Positions 23,501 through 36,670 of a stretch of DNA of 64,000 nucleotides are shown in pieces. The DNA lies in assembly GCA_028534125.1 (NCBI GenBank), contig CM052816.1:97590001-97654000 (forward strand), written 5' to 3'. The stretch comes from Lama glama. Lineage: Eukaryota. Under the pieces are notes generated by a model. It ran no database searches. It saw only the letters and a program-made list of their open reading frames with translations, and was not told the origin of the DNA. A program made the position numbers and the translations under genes. The first letter of the stretch is position 1. The number at the start of each line of letters is the position of its first letter.

Positions 23501-24692
23501 CATAAAATCCCCATGGATTTGCAGTCTCTCCAGCTAAACAGCTAGTGGTCACCTCAGGAACATGCCAGAAAGTGGATATATATTGCAGAAGTCTGTTCTC
23601 CAGGGTGTAGACTGTGCAGAAGAAAAAGGAGAGCACTATGAGAAATTTAATTTTTGCTGGCGAAGCACATTGTCTGAAGCTCAGGAGGTGGGACCTGCTT
23701 GCTCTGTGAGGCTGGCCCAGCTGGTCCACACAAGATGTCATGGCTGTAGGATTTGAGGAAGTGCCCTTTAGAGAAGATGGAAGTCTTTAGGGCACACCCA
23801 TGCCTTTCAGAGTCCTTTGAGACTCTAAACAAGATTTAAACAATGGATGCATTGACATGTCAGCATTAATCTAAAATTTTAGCACAGCTACAAGCAATTT
23901 GGAAGAACACATGGTGAGTGGGAAAAGATCCCAAGGATGCCTCTGCAGATGACATCAGTAGTGCCAATGGATGTAAACACAGAAAAAGGATTGAAAGAAA
24001 ACTCACCAGGAATGTGAAACATTAATCATTGTTATGTCTGGATCATCAAATTATAGTCAATTTCTGTGCTATTTTAATCCTGTCTACAAGGAGCATACAT
24101 TAATTTATCACAGAAAAAGAAAATTAAAGCTACAGTGCTCGTTCTCAAACATGACAAGATTTTTTTTTTCTTTTTTTTTTCTAGTTTTTTTCTGGATCAA
24201 CCACATGAATCCATTTTAATTTTAAAGAGTTAGGAGCCAGCCAGCTGAACTGGGCTTTCAATGATGGTTAAGATGGAAGGTGTGAAATGGTCAGGAGAGA
24301 TTTATGAGGCATGGCGGTGCCCTTGGGTGATTCTGGTTTTCAGTTAATTTGTACATTTTTCATTCATTCACTCACCCATTCAGTCACTCCTTCCAGCAAA
24401 AGCTATTGATCACTTACCTATGTTGCCAACACTGTGGTGCTGATGCAAGCAGACCCTGTCTCCCCACTGAGCCACTGGAAGGGGAGAGTCAACACCATTG
24501 AATGTGCATCCTAAGGGTACCAGGCAGAGCTAGCAAATTTGCTAGCAAAAATTAGAACATACACAATGTAATTTTTGCTCCAGTGGAGCTGTCAGTCAGA
24601 GAGGAAGGATATGCTTAATCTTCAAGAAACCACTGGAAAACATACACAAAGTAGAGCAAGAGGAATTTACACAGAAGAATGAGAAAAAAAAA

Positions 24693-25192
24693 NNNNNNNN
24701 NNNNNNNNNNNNNNNNNNNNNNNNNNNNNNNNNNNNNNNNNNNNNNNNNNNNNNNNNNNNNNNNNNNNNNNNNNNNNNNNNNNNNNNNNNNNNNNNNNNN
24801 NNNNNNNNNNNNNNNNNNNNNNNNNNNNNNNNNNNNNNNNNNNNNNNNNNNNNNNNNNNNNNNNNNNNNNNNNNNNNNNNNNNNNNNNNNNNNNNNNNNN
24901 NNNNNNNNNNNNNNNNNNNNNNNNNNNNNNNNNNNNNNNNNNNNNNNNNNNNNNNNNNNNNNNNNNNNNNNNNNNNNNNNNNNNNNNNNNNNNNNNNNNN
25001 NNNNNNNNNNNNNNNNNNNNNNNNNNNNNNNNNNNNNNNNNNNNNNNNNNNNNNNNNNNNNNNNNNNNNNNNNNNNNNNNNNNNNNNNNNNNNNNNNNNN
25101 NNNNNNNNNNNNNNNNNNNNNNNNNNNNNNNNNNNNNNNNNNNNNNNNNNNNNNNNNNNNNNNNNNNNNNNNNNNNNNNNNNNNNNNNNNNN
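24693..25192. other. Assembly gap (500 N)
   Basis: Run of N. Confidence 1.
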
Positions 25193-27213
25193 AGAATCTC
25201 TGGGCAGCTAGGAGTTACGTGTCCTGAGACATCAGAACTGGCCCGTGTGCTGCTATAAATGGGACCAGCAGCCTTAACCGCTGGGACACCTGGGTGTCGT
25301 CTCAGTAGAACAAGCATGAAGCTGGGTGAGTCCTGAGAGCGCAATCGTAATATTGGATTTTATGCCTAAAACCTCCGCCAAGTGGGGCCACCAGTTACCC
25401 AGAAACTGACTTGCAATCGGAAATGTTGGAGGGAGGCTGGAGAGAAGGAGACACTAACGGGAGGGCAGGTGTGGGGTCCACCTGGCTTCTTCCTCCCTTA
25501 GCAGCTTTGGGCTGGATATGGTTTTCTGGAATTCAGTTTCTTCATCGTTAATAAATGAAAGAGCTGAGCTAGGTAACCTAGCTGTAGCGTTCTCTGATGG
25601 TGGGAATTTTTAGTAAAAGGGTTTTGTGTATGCATCTCTCTGTAGCATTTCTTATCCAACAGAAGTCTTTCTAATAACATCATCTGTGTACTGGTAATGG
25701 ACACTGAGACCAGGGTGGGGAAAGAACTTAATTTTACCAATTTACCTGAATGTTGTTCTGCACATGTGTCTCATTAAATCTCTCCCTTTTTTCCCCCTTC
25801 TGAATGATGTAATTCCTAACAAATAATCAATAATGAAATTTGTTTCCACCTGGCAAATTTCTCTGTGAATCTCATAAAGTTCATCTAGAAATCGATTTTG
25901 GGCCAAGTCTGAGCAAGGCAAGCAGAAATGACATTTCCTTCAGACTGAATTTCTTAACAAACAAAAGCTCGGATCACTCGGGGGAAGTTCTGAGCATGGA
26001 CTGCTTGCAGATGCCTGAACTGATAGTTGCTTTTTTTTTTTTTCAACCAACCTGCCTCCTAAAGCCATACTGGCATGTAATCAAAGCAAATGTTCTAACT
26101 AGCGTTAAAGCACCAAAGTAGTGAACATGTGGTATATAAATTGTAATATTTTATATTTTCTAGCAGATTTTCTATAGAAAACAAAGGAAGAATAAAGCAA
26201 TATAGTTTATCGTTCTCCTACACGGTAGGCCACCGCTTTTGGCTGGCAGATATAGAAATCCTTACCGGTGGCCCATGACCACACTCTGGATCCCTACATG
26301 ATACCTTTAAAATAAACCCCAAGTATAAATCTGTGCTCTCCATTCTTAACTCACAGGGATTAAACACTGCTGCGGGCGTGATTATTTCACTGCCACTGCT
26401 ATCTTTTGAAATGACGTATCGGTCATTATGGGGAAATCTCACTCACCCAACAAACCATTTCCTGAGAACCTACTATGTGTAGGGCAGTGTGCTATGTGCA
26501 AAACACAGAATAAAGAATTACTCCTGGCTGAAGCTGGTGCAGAGCGGTGAGGGAGAGGCATTTCAATGAATGGCATGATTTTCAACATCAGGAAGCCTAA
26601 AAAACAGCATGGCTATTTCTCATGTGGGGGCCTCTCAGGGGAGCTGTAGTTTGGGAGTGAGGGGCAGAATTCAGATTTTACAAGCATCATTTGATGACCT
26701 TATAAATCACATAGATGGAAGCTGAATTGGAAATGTGGGTTTGAACCTTGGGAAGAAGGGAAGGTCTGGGGAGAGGGAGTCTAGCACATGGCCAGTGTCA
26801 AAGAGGACCCTGATGTCCAGGAGGAGGGAGGCTGGGGGGAGGAAGAGCTGGCCTCTGATGCCTGTCTGATGGTTTTACACTGTTCCACGCCCACCAGGGA
26901 AGCCTAAGCTAACTCCACAGCACAACACAAAAGCCTGAACATCCACTGGAATGTAAGTGTGTGTGTTTGTGTGTGTACATGTGTTGGAGTGAGACTGACA
27001 GGAGAAAGGTGGAGTCATTTGATCTATTTTTAGTTAAAAAGCCCAAAGTGGGCCATTTAACTGTAGCATCCTTTTTTCATCTGATGGAGATTTTAGAGTA
27101 ATTAATCTTCTTCCCCACAACAACCCAGACACTAGGAATAGATAACCACTGATGGATGAATTTTGCTAACTTCAAATATTTGTGCTTAAAATCAATTCAG
27201 TTATTTATAAAGA

Positions 27214-27585
27214 TGTAATGGAGCAGGGCCTTATGGAGCCTTCCCAGAACAGAACCCCCCTTGCCTGCCTCTTGTCTGCAGAAAAACTTCAGCTTCCTAG
27301 GCCTTCCCCAAGTTCCAAAGAGTAAGTTTAATCAGAGAAGTGAGAAAACATAGAAAGAAAGGAAAACAGTCAAGCAAAACAAAATAATAACAGTTTAGCC
27401 ATTAAACAAATCAAGGAGCTTTAGTTCCTCTTCAAAGACTGTAGATAACATTCTGAGCCATGATTTTTTGCAGGTGCTGAAACCTCCACCAGGTAGAGGA
27501 AGTTAGTTGTGTCCTGCCCCCCGGCACAGAGACCCCAGGCGGTTTGGAACCAGAACGTTGATGATGCTGACTCCCGATGACCAAT
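27214..27585 (+). mobile_element. ERV1-type LTR, apparently the 5' (U3) part only
   Basis: Starts TGTAATGGAGCAGGG and contains TTTAATCAGAGAAGTGAGAAAA..AGAAA..AAGGAAAACAGTCAAGCAA.ACAAAATAATA, resembling cetartiodactyl ERV1 LTRs. No clear LTR 3' end. Confidence 0.65.
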
Positions 27586-28209
27586 GTTCAAAGCTATCCT
27601 GGGGTGCTCCACTCAGGTGGCCTTTCCACTGGGTGGGCATCTGGTGGAGCCTGCCCTCACCTTTTCCAGCCAAAACCACTTCAGCCATGCTTGGGGGACT
27701 CGCAGCGTGAGGCTCAGTCATCCCCCATCATGTGCAACGGAGCAGATTCAGAATGAAATTCTAAAGACCGTCCTAAACACACAGTCTAGGTTGGGTGTCT
27801 TGGTAGGGCTCCCAAATCAGTTCCAAAATCAGCAAATAAATAAAGGAATGAAATACTTAAAACACAAGACTCTGGGGGCAGACTAGGAAGACTTTTTATT
27901 ACAGTATGTGTGCCAAATCTTTAGCCTTAAAACTTTATGGCACTGAATGATTAAGAATGTCAAGATAAAACTTGTGTGAAATAATTTATTTTACCTCCCT
28001 GTTGCATTTTATTCACTATAATTTTTTAAATTCTTTTCAGTTTATTTGAATCTAAAACATACATTTTAAAAGTACTCATCTGATAACAGCCTCTTCTCTA
28101 CCTCATTGTTAAAATTTCAGCTTGGGATACATTTTAACTGAGGTTTCAGAGTTCATTTCAACTGTATAAAAGCACGACAGATTAATACTGGGAAAGATGT
28201 AAACCAATG

Positions 28210-28628
28210 TTTTTTTTTTAATTTCATTTTTTACTGAAGTGTAATTGATTTACAGTGTTAGTTTCAGGTGTACAGCAAAGCAATTCATCTATATGTATAC
28301 ATACATAGATCTATATTTTTCTTTTCAAATTCTTTTCCATTATATGTTATTACAGGAAACTGAATATATTTCCCTGTGCTATACAGTAGGTCCTTGTTGG
28401 CTTTACTGTGAGTGGACAAGTAGACCCAAGTTTGGTTTGGTAACAAAAAAAACTGTTTTCAGAGAAAAACAAAATATCATGTGATATCGCTAATATGTGA
28501 AATCTAAAAAAAAAAATTGACACAAATTTTGTTTACAAACCAGAAATAGACACATGGACATAGAAAGCAAACTATGGATACCAAAGAAGTAGGGATAAAT
28601 TAGGAGTTTGGGTTTAACAGATACACTA
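28210..28628 (-). mobile_element. Short L1 3' end with inverted 5' segment
   Basis: 28210-28405 is L1 3' UTR on the minus strand. 28460-28628 is the adjoining upstream part of the L1 3' region on the plus strand (compare 8820-9000). Confidence 0.85.
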
Positions 28629-31600
28629 TTTTTACCATCATGTATTCTCTGATGCAGAGTAATCTAAGGGGAGTTTCTAGAGGAGTACAATGATCCAGGA
28701 GAGAAGCACACTGGGTCAGGTAAATTTAGGTTTGGCTTCAGCTTTACCGTTTATTAATTGTGCTCTCGGCTGAGTCATCTGTCCTCTCTACTCTTTACAT
28801 TCCTGTGGGGGTGGAAGGGAAGAAAATGTTCCCTTTACTCCATCCACATGGGTGCTGTAGAGATAACATGAGATTTACATGGGAAAATAAAAAGCATGAC
28901 GTATAAATAAAAAGCTTCATGTTGGGAAGCTGCCAGTACCTCATTTGCCTCTGAACACAGCTCTCATCACTCTCTTGTAAGTTAGGTGGTGACCTGCTTC
29001 AGATTTTAAAAGAAGGATCCGTTTAGAATCCTTAGAAGAAATCTGCACCGAGGGACCTCTTGTGAAAATGCTGGCACTTCATTCAACTGTCATTATTTCA
29101 GCCCACCTGCATGTCTCTGAAATTACCTTCCGTGAGTCTAGTGATTTATTGGTAAGGAAGGTTCATAGTGGGCAATTTTCAGTGACTACGGGGTATCGTA
29201 ACACACAATTTCTGTGAATTCAGACTGACCACGGGAGGTAACACAAATCTGCCCTGATTTTTTCAAGGGCGTAGTCTGACGGACAGGAAACTTCGGCCCG
29301 AGTTGTGCGCTGCGAACTGGAGAGTGTATGTGTTTGTACGTTTGTATTTAATGCCAGTCCACAAGGTGAATTTTCAAAGAACAAAGCGTGCAGGACTATT
29401 TCAGTCTCATGTAATTTAGGAAATCTGTCCCTCCAGGTAGGAAGCAGGGTCCTCCCCGGGGTCTCTATTTGCCCTCTGTCTCCTCCAGCGATCAGGAAGA
29501 GGGTTTAATTATTTAGTGGTGAGCTCATTCTTGGTAGCGATGACTTTGGGTAAAGCGAGGGCTTTTGTAATTGCTTCCGTTGCTTTGCAGGTGGGAGATC
29601 AATCAAACGATGCTTGAGGAGGGAAGTGGATTTATAAGCAAACCACGTGACAAGCTTTTCATCTGAGATAGTTGTACAATAATCCTGAGACGACAGCTCT
29701 GACCAAGAAAGGGCAAAAAACAGGGAGGAAATTGCAACAGCGGGAGGAAAACTTCAGCTGCATCGCCAGTGCTGAGCTCTTCCTGCCCAAACGAATAGAA
29801 AATGCAACTACGTAAAGGTGTCATCTCTAGTCATGGGTACATGCCTGCTTGGGTACTCTCTTTGCTTTTTTGTTGTTTCTTAACTTGAAAAGAGAGAGGG
29901 TGAGAAGGCAAAGATGAAGAAGACCAAGACAAAGAAGATGAAGGAGAAGACAGAACCACGACGACCACAGGCGTGAATGCCAGATGCAAATCACAGCAGT
30001 AAGATGCAGCAAAGACCACACGTGTCCTGCTCCGCTGAGGTCGACTCCAGGAGACTTTCAAACATACAGATTCCTGGATCTCAACACAGATGTCTTGAAC
30101 CAGAATTTCCTGGGAGGTAAGGTGAAAGAATTTTTTTTTAAGAGGTTCTCAAGATTAGCAGAATTTTTAAATGGCCTTGTCAGTCCCACCAAGATGACCC
30201 CATCCTACAACTTGGGGAGTTACTACAGAAATAATGCACTAACACCTTTCACTAGCCGCGACCCCACCAACCTGGCGGTGCCAGTCTCTCAAGAGCCACC
30301 TTCCAACAAAAAGGGCGTCTCAGACAAAGGCCGACTCTGCCACCAAAATGAGGCGTGGGCCAGCATAATCCTCAAACTCTCTGCATCTCAGTGGCTTTGC
30401 CTATAAAAAGTGGGGCACGTGTCTGTATCATAGGGATTGTGAGAGGAGCTGAGGTACAAACACCTGGATGTGCAAATACCTTGCATGGTACGTAAGATGC
30501 AAAATGTGAGCTGTTCTGCCCCCAATCAGAAAAAGCACCAACAGAAATCGTAACACGTAAGGACAGGCTATGTATCCATGCTATGTTAGTTTCTATGAGC
30601 TCTCCATAAATAAACATTTGTTTTCCTTTGTTCTTAGGTGTAAGAACATTACCTACTTTCCTTGCCTAGCCTTTTTCAGCCAATGTGCCAAAGGTTACTT
30701 TGTTTTACAAAATATCTACCTATGTTATCCAGTTCTCTCCTTTCTGAGCATTGAAAACCATCAAACAGAACAAAACATGTTTGGATCTAAGTTAATCACA
30801 TTTCTTTACCTTGATTGCTCTGTTGCCACATTGCTTATTCTATTGCAGAAAATGTGCAAAATCATTTCTAATAGCCTGTGATGGGATGCTCTCAGATAAG
30901 GGCAGTTTGAGATGCTGGGTCAGGAAAAGCCTGGTGAGGCTTGCAGTCCTGGCTAATTCCCTTCAGCTGACATGCCTCTGTCCCTGCCAATATGGAAATT
31001 CACTTGTTTTCTAGGCTTGCTTTCTTCATATCTCATTAGGATTCTACAGTGTTGCAAAATAAAACCACTGCAAGGACAATCAGATATGCGGCCAATGGAA
31101 TACTCTAAAACCCCACATCATTCTGACTTATTTGCTTTCTTTCCATCAAATCACCAAACTAAGACTATCACATTTATTGTACATGGCAAAAGGCATGACA
31201 GTTTGATGTCCAAGACACTTTCATAATCCTTTTGGGAGAAAATTTGAAAACCTGTACAGAATTTTAGATTTCTGTACACTTCAGACTTCTTAAGTATTAT
31301 TACAAATTACACTTTTGTTTTTGCCAAACTTTTAAGCTTGACGTGATCGGAGCTTCTAGATTTCTCCTATTTTCTCCTCTAAAAGCAACTCGGCCATCTA
31401 AGTTTCCTTCACAGAAGTTAAACTTATAAACCACAATTTATTGTTTCCTGTGATAGCCTAGGCAAACAAAGTTCTAATTTACAGAGGACAAAAAAGTCCA
31501 AACGTGTCTCTTTGTCTTCCTGTGGATTTTAGTTTAATTTTGTCCTTTTATAAAACAGTCTGACCCCAGATAGTATTAGGGATGAGTCACGGTCATTTAA

Positions 31601-32369
31601 TAGGCAAAAGGAAAAATTCGGATATGAGTCCTGCTTAGAATTTGGCCTCAAAAACATCGCCTGCTGGTATGTTCTATGTCGCAAAGACAGCAGGGCACCG
31701 TCAGAAACATTTGTGTCATTCTTGCTACCCTGGACCTTGGTGCCTCCTTACTTCTGGGATAGTAGCCACACGCCTCGAGCCTTCACAAAGTGGGCACCAG
31801 TATCAGCATCAAAGCTGGTGACCCTTGACTCTCAGAGGGTTTCAAAACTCAGCTGAAGTCTCCCTAATTCAAAATAAATAACCAAACAGGCTTTCCTCCT
31901 TGCCCTCTGTTTTTGTGAGTTTAATTCTGTTTCCTTCCCTCCCTATGAAAAAAAAATCTCAGCAGAGGAGGCTCCCTTCCCTGACTCCCATCGACCGCTG
32001 AGCACTTGAAAATCTGATTAGTGCCCACAGAGACCACAAACTGTGAAATGCACAGAGCGCCTGCTGCGCGTGGGGCACTTCTCTGGGAGTCTGGGTACGA
32101 TGGGTCTCAGCCCCCCACGGAAGCAAGTGTCAATACCTTCTTTACACACTCAGATCAGAAATATTAAGATGTTTTACTACAGGCAGCTCAGGGGCCGTTA
32201 CACATCGCATGTTCAAACATTACAAAACAATGAAATTTATGGGGGACATGAACATGAGTTCGCTTCCTAAATCCCAGAAGACTAGCATTTGGAAACTCCT
32301 GGTCAACCTTAGAGGACAAAGGAAATACGTTTTAACCCTGCATGTCGTCTCCCGTAAGAGCTGTGTATG

Positions 32370-34115
32370 TGTTACAATTGATGTGCCTGCATCAGCGCAT
32401 CACAATCACCAATCAGAGTTCTCGCTGCGGTTCCTCTTGGTGCTGTGCATTCCGTGGGTTTGGACAAACGTGTAATGCCATGTCTCCACCATGATGGTAC
32501 CATACAGGGTCTTTTCACTGCTGTACAAATTCTCTGCTCTCCACCGACCTGTCCCTTCCCACTCTTAACACCTGCAAGCACTGATCTTTTTATTGTTTCC
32601 ATAGTTTTGTGTTTTCCAGAACGTCACATAGTTGGTATCAAATGTAGCTTTTTCAGGTTGGTTTCTTTCACTTAATAAGATGCCTTTAAGGCTTTTCCTT
32701 GTCTTTTTATGGTTTGCTAGCTGATTTCTTTTTAGCACTGAGTGATATTCCATTGTCTGGACACAACATAGTTTATTTATCCATTCACCTGCTGAAGGAC
32801 ATCTCGGTTGCTTCAGCAGTTATACATAAAGGTTCTATAAACATCTGTGTAAAGGCTTCCGTGTGGATTTACATGTTCAACTCATCTGAGTAAATATGAG
32901 AGAGCATGGTTACTGAATCATGTGGTAGGAGCAAGTTTGGTTCTGCAAGACACAACCAAACTGTCTCCCAAAGTGGCTGCACCATTCTGCGTTCCCACCA
33001 GCAGTGAATGGGAGCTCCTGTCGCTTCATATCCTCTCCAGCATTTTGTTGTCAGTGCTCCTGATTTTGGCCACTCTAGTAACTGTGTGTTGATAGCTTAC
33101 TGTTTGCTTTGTTTCTCCCCAATGACGCATGATGCGGAGTACCATTTTCATGTGCTTATTTGCCATCCATACAATCTTTGATAAAGTGTCTGTTAAAGTC
33201 TTTGGCCCAATTCTTAATTGGGTTTTTTGTTTTCTTATTGTTGAGTTTTAAGAGTTCTTGATACATTTTTGGATTATAGTCTTTTATCATATCAATCTTT
33301 TGCAAATGCTTTCTCCCAGTCTGTGGTCTGTCTTCGTCTCATGCTCTTGGTATTATCATTTGCAGAACAGAGGTTTTTAATTTGAATGAAGTCCAGACTA
33401 TTAATTCTTTCTTTCATGGATGGTGCCTTTGGTGTTGCATCTAAAAAGTCATTAAGTCATCACTATACCCAGGGGCACCTAGGTTTTCTTCTATATTACC
33501 TTTTATAGCTTTGCTTTCTACATTTAAGTCTATGATCCATTTTGAATTAGTATTTGTGAAGGATGAAGGATCTGTGCCTAAATTGCTTGTCAAAGGTCTG
33601 TTGACTGTATTTATGTGGGTCTATATCTGGACTCTATTCTGCTCATGGATCAATCTGTCTATTCTTACACTGCTGTCTTGATTATTGTAGCTTTACAGTA
33701 AGTCTTGAATTCAGGTCATGTCAGTCTTCCGATTTTGTTCTTCTTCAATATTATGTTGGCTATTCTGGATCTTTTGCCTCGCCATATAAATTTTAGAATC
33801 AGTTTGTCAATATCCATAAAGTAACTTGCTGGGATTTTGACTGGATTTGCATTCAATCTACAAGATCAAGTTGGGAAGAGCTGACATCCTGATAATATTG
33901 AGTCGTTCTATCCATGAACATAGGATATCTCTCCATTTACTTGTTTTATTTTCCCCCTCACATCTGAGTTTTGTAGTTTTCTTCATATAGAACTTGTAGA
34001 TGTTTTGCTAAATTTATACCTAAGTATTTCATTTTGTGGGGTCCTAATAAAAATGGTATTGTGTTTTATATTTCAAATCCCACTTGTTTTTTGCTAATGT
34101 ATAGGAAAGTGATTG
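32370..34115 (-). mobile_element. L1MC-like LINE-1 (3' UTR plus degenerate ORF2)
   Basis: CTCTTGGTGCTGTGCATTCCGTGGGTTTGGACAAA (L1MC1-type 3' end), CAAAGTGGCTGCACCATT.TGC.TTCCCACCAGCAGTGAATG, TTTAAGTCTATGATCCATTTTGA. Confidence 0.9.
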
Positions 34116-34221
34116 AGAAAGTGACCCTTGTCTCACCATACTGCCAATTACCATCCACTGGCTTCCCACTGCAGTGGCAATAAATTATAAATGCATTTTC
34201 TAGGCTTGTAATGCTCTATGT

Positions 34222-34367
34222 CAGTAATTCTCAAACAGGAGGAAATCTGTCCCCAGGAAATATTGGGCAATGTCTGGAGACATTTTTGGTTGTCACAACT
34301 TGGATGCAGCTTGCATCTACTGGGCAGAGACCAGGAATTCTACAAAATATTCTAAAATGCAGAGGAC
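34222..34367 (+). mobile_element. MER20-like hAT DNA transposon fragment
   Basis: CAGT..TTCTCAA...GGCAATGTCTGGAGACATTTTTGGTTGTCACAACT. Confidence 0.85.
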
Positions 34368-34807
34368 GGTTTTTCTATAATTGCTTATTAATTCTAGGAG
34401 TTTTTTTTTCTGTTTACTTTTATTTGTTTTCTTTTTAACTAAAATAAACTCTTCTCACAGTGGAGTAAAATCAAATAAATTGTGGTATAGTCTAAATGGA
34501 AAATAGTACAGCCATTAAAAAATCCATGTTGGTAATGTGTATTCATTGACTTGGGGAGATACATGTACGAGTTAGGTTAGGACAGTGTATGCTGTAGGGA
34601 CAGACAGCCCCTGGGTCTCAGTGGCTCAGCACACACAAAGCTTATTTCATGCTCATGCAAAACCTCATGCAGTTTGGGAAGCTCTTTATCCTGGCTCTCC
34701 CACAAGTAATTAGGAAGTTTCTGACTCTACAGATGGGAGGATTGAGGAAAATGGCTACAGTTATAAATAAAGACAAGTTTGGTAGAAGAGCCAGCTTGTG
34801 GGGAGTA

Positions 34808-34900
34808 GGACTTTTCACTGTCAGCACTACTGACATTTGGGAGAGAGAATTTGTTGTGCAGGCTGTCCTGTGCGCTGGTTTGTAGTGTCCCTGGCCTCTT
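34808..34900 (+). mobile_element. MER5B-like fragment
   Basis: CAGCACTACTGACATTTGGG...TTTGTTGTG..GGCTGTCCTGTGC...TCCCTGGCCTC. Confidence 0.65.
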
Positions 34901-35251
34901 CCTGGTGTACAACTGGAAGAGTCTGTTTGAGGACCACTTGTGCAGAGCATTACGAGCCTGGGAATTCATCTGTATTTCATTGTCACTGCAGTAGGAGCCA
35001 GTGGATGGTAACAGGCACCCATCTACACTTTAACAATATGATTCTAGGCAGGAAAAAAATCAGTGAAGCCATTGAGGAAGATGTTTCTATTGCCCAGTCA
35101 AAAAGTGATGATTGTTTTGCCCAGGATGATGGCGAGGTGGGTGAGTGGTGTTATTGGTCAGATTTGAGAGATGTGAGTTGGTAGAAGCTAGAGTCTATTG
35201 TTAGGCTGAATATGGGCATGTGAGGGAGTGAGGGACACCAACAACCAGGAA

Positions 35252-35490
35252 TCAATCATCATGCACACATGTAATTATCACACACAGACCATATGTCATG
35301 CATGTGATCATCATGCTTCATACTTGTGATTGCCATATACACATGTAATCATAAACCATGCATGCAGTCATCACACGTCATATGTGCATGCAATTATACA
35401 CCACACTGGCAACAAGCATATAGCACACATGTAGTCACACATCATACATACATGTAATCATCATGCATACATGTAATCATACATCATATA
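35252..35490 (+). repeat. Degenerate tandem repeat based on CATACACATGTAATCAT
   Basis: Recurrent CACATGTAATCAT / CATGTGATCAT / CATGTAGTCAC units. Confidence 0.7.
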
Positions 35491-36289
35491 CTGGTGGCTT
35501 CCAGACATTTATTTTTGGAATTGGGCTGAGTTGGTTTTATAGGAAATGTCTAAGAAGCTTATTAAAATTATAAACTCTTGAGGCTCACACCTGGAAATTT
35601 TGATGTATTAAACTTGGAAAGTCTCCCAGAAAGCTATTTTTAACATACTTCTTCAGTGATTCTAAAAGGAAGTTAGTTTGCAACTCCCAGCATGCTCTTG
35701 TGGGTTTACAGGGGACTGCTCCACTGGTGGGTTGCTTCACGTCTTACCCCATTTACAGCAGGAGCCCTGAATGGTAACTGGTTATTTCTGAGATGTGGAA
35801 CTAATGGTACTTCTTCACTTTGTTTTTCACATTTGTCTTTATTTCAAGTTAGTAACAAACACTAGCTATTTCATAATCATGAAAAAATGTGTCACATCAT
35901 CATATGGCTAGAGCTTACATAGAAACTTACAGCGCCTACAGTGTCATGAATAAAATGCGACTTCGCCTACTTCCACATACAGGCTCAACGTAGACTACAC
36001 AAAACCGCTGTTGGATGTGCAGAGTTATATTCAAGAAATGAAGCTTGTTTACTGGAGTTTATAATTTTTTAAGCTTTTAATTTTACTCTAAAATATGTGA
36101 GAGAAGACCCTTAATTTAAATTTATTTATTCCTGACCGAAAGCACTTGCCACTAAAAAATCTCATCAAAGGGAGATTTACATAGATACTGGAGACACAGC
36201 CTACGAGCCCCACATTCGTGCCAGACTCCATCGCTGCGTGTCCCGCAGAGAAGTATTATAATTCTGAGTGGGAGGCATTTCTAAACTGA

Positions 36290-36670
36290 CTCACATTCTT
36301 TTCTTTTCTACTTCCAGGCTCACAGAGGAGTAAACTCCCCACCTCCAAAGTGAATCTTGGCCACGTGAACATTTCCGGCTTGTAAAGAGCAAAGCAGAAG
36401 TAATGTGCGTATTTTCAGGCTGAAGCTTATGATGGCTGGTGTCACCTCTCCAGGTCACTCCTCCTGCTGTGATGATTGTGGGAGCACCTGTTGAAACAGA
36501 GACACCCCAGTATCCAAGCAAATGGCCTGAAAGTCTGAGCCACAGCATGGAGGGCAGGGGTCCTGGGCAGGTACTGAGACCCAAGGCAATGAGGCAGTGA
36601 CATTATGTGGCACCACTGGGGGTTTGGTATGACTGTCATCAGGCATAACCTAGATTCTCCTGAGTGATAT
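36290..36670 (+). mobile_element. Old MaLR LTR (MLT1I/J-like)
   Basis: GGCCACGTGA...GCAGAAGTAATGTG...TTTCAGGCTGAAGC and terminal GCATAACCTAG..TCCTGA. Confidence 0.5.

Noticed and set aside
24667..25344. Long ORFs across N runs (also 43907-44473 and 15796-16079)
   Set aside because: Length comes from X residues in assembly gaps.
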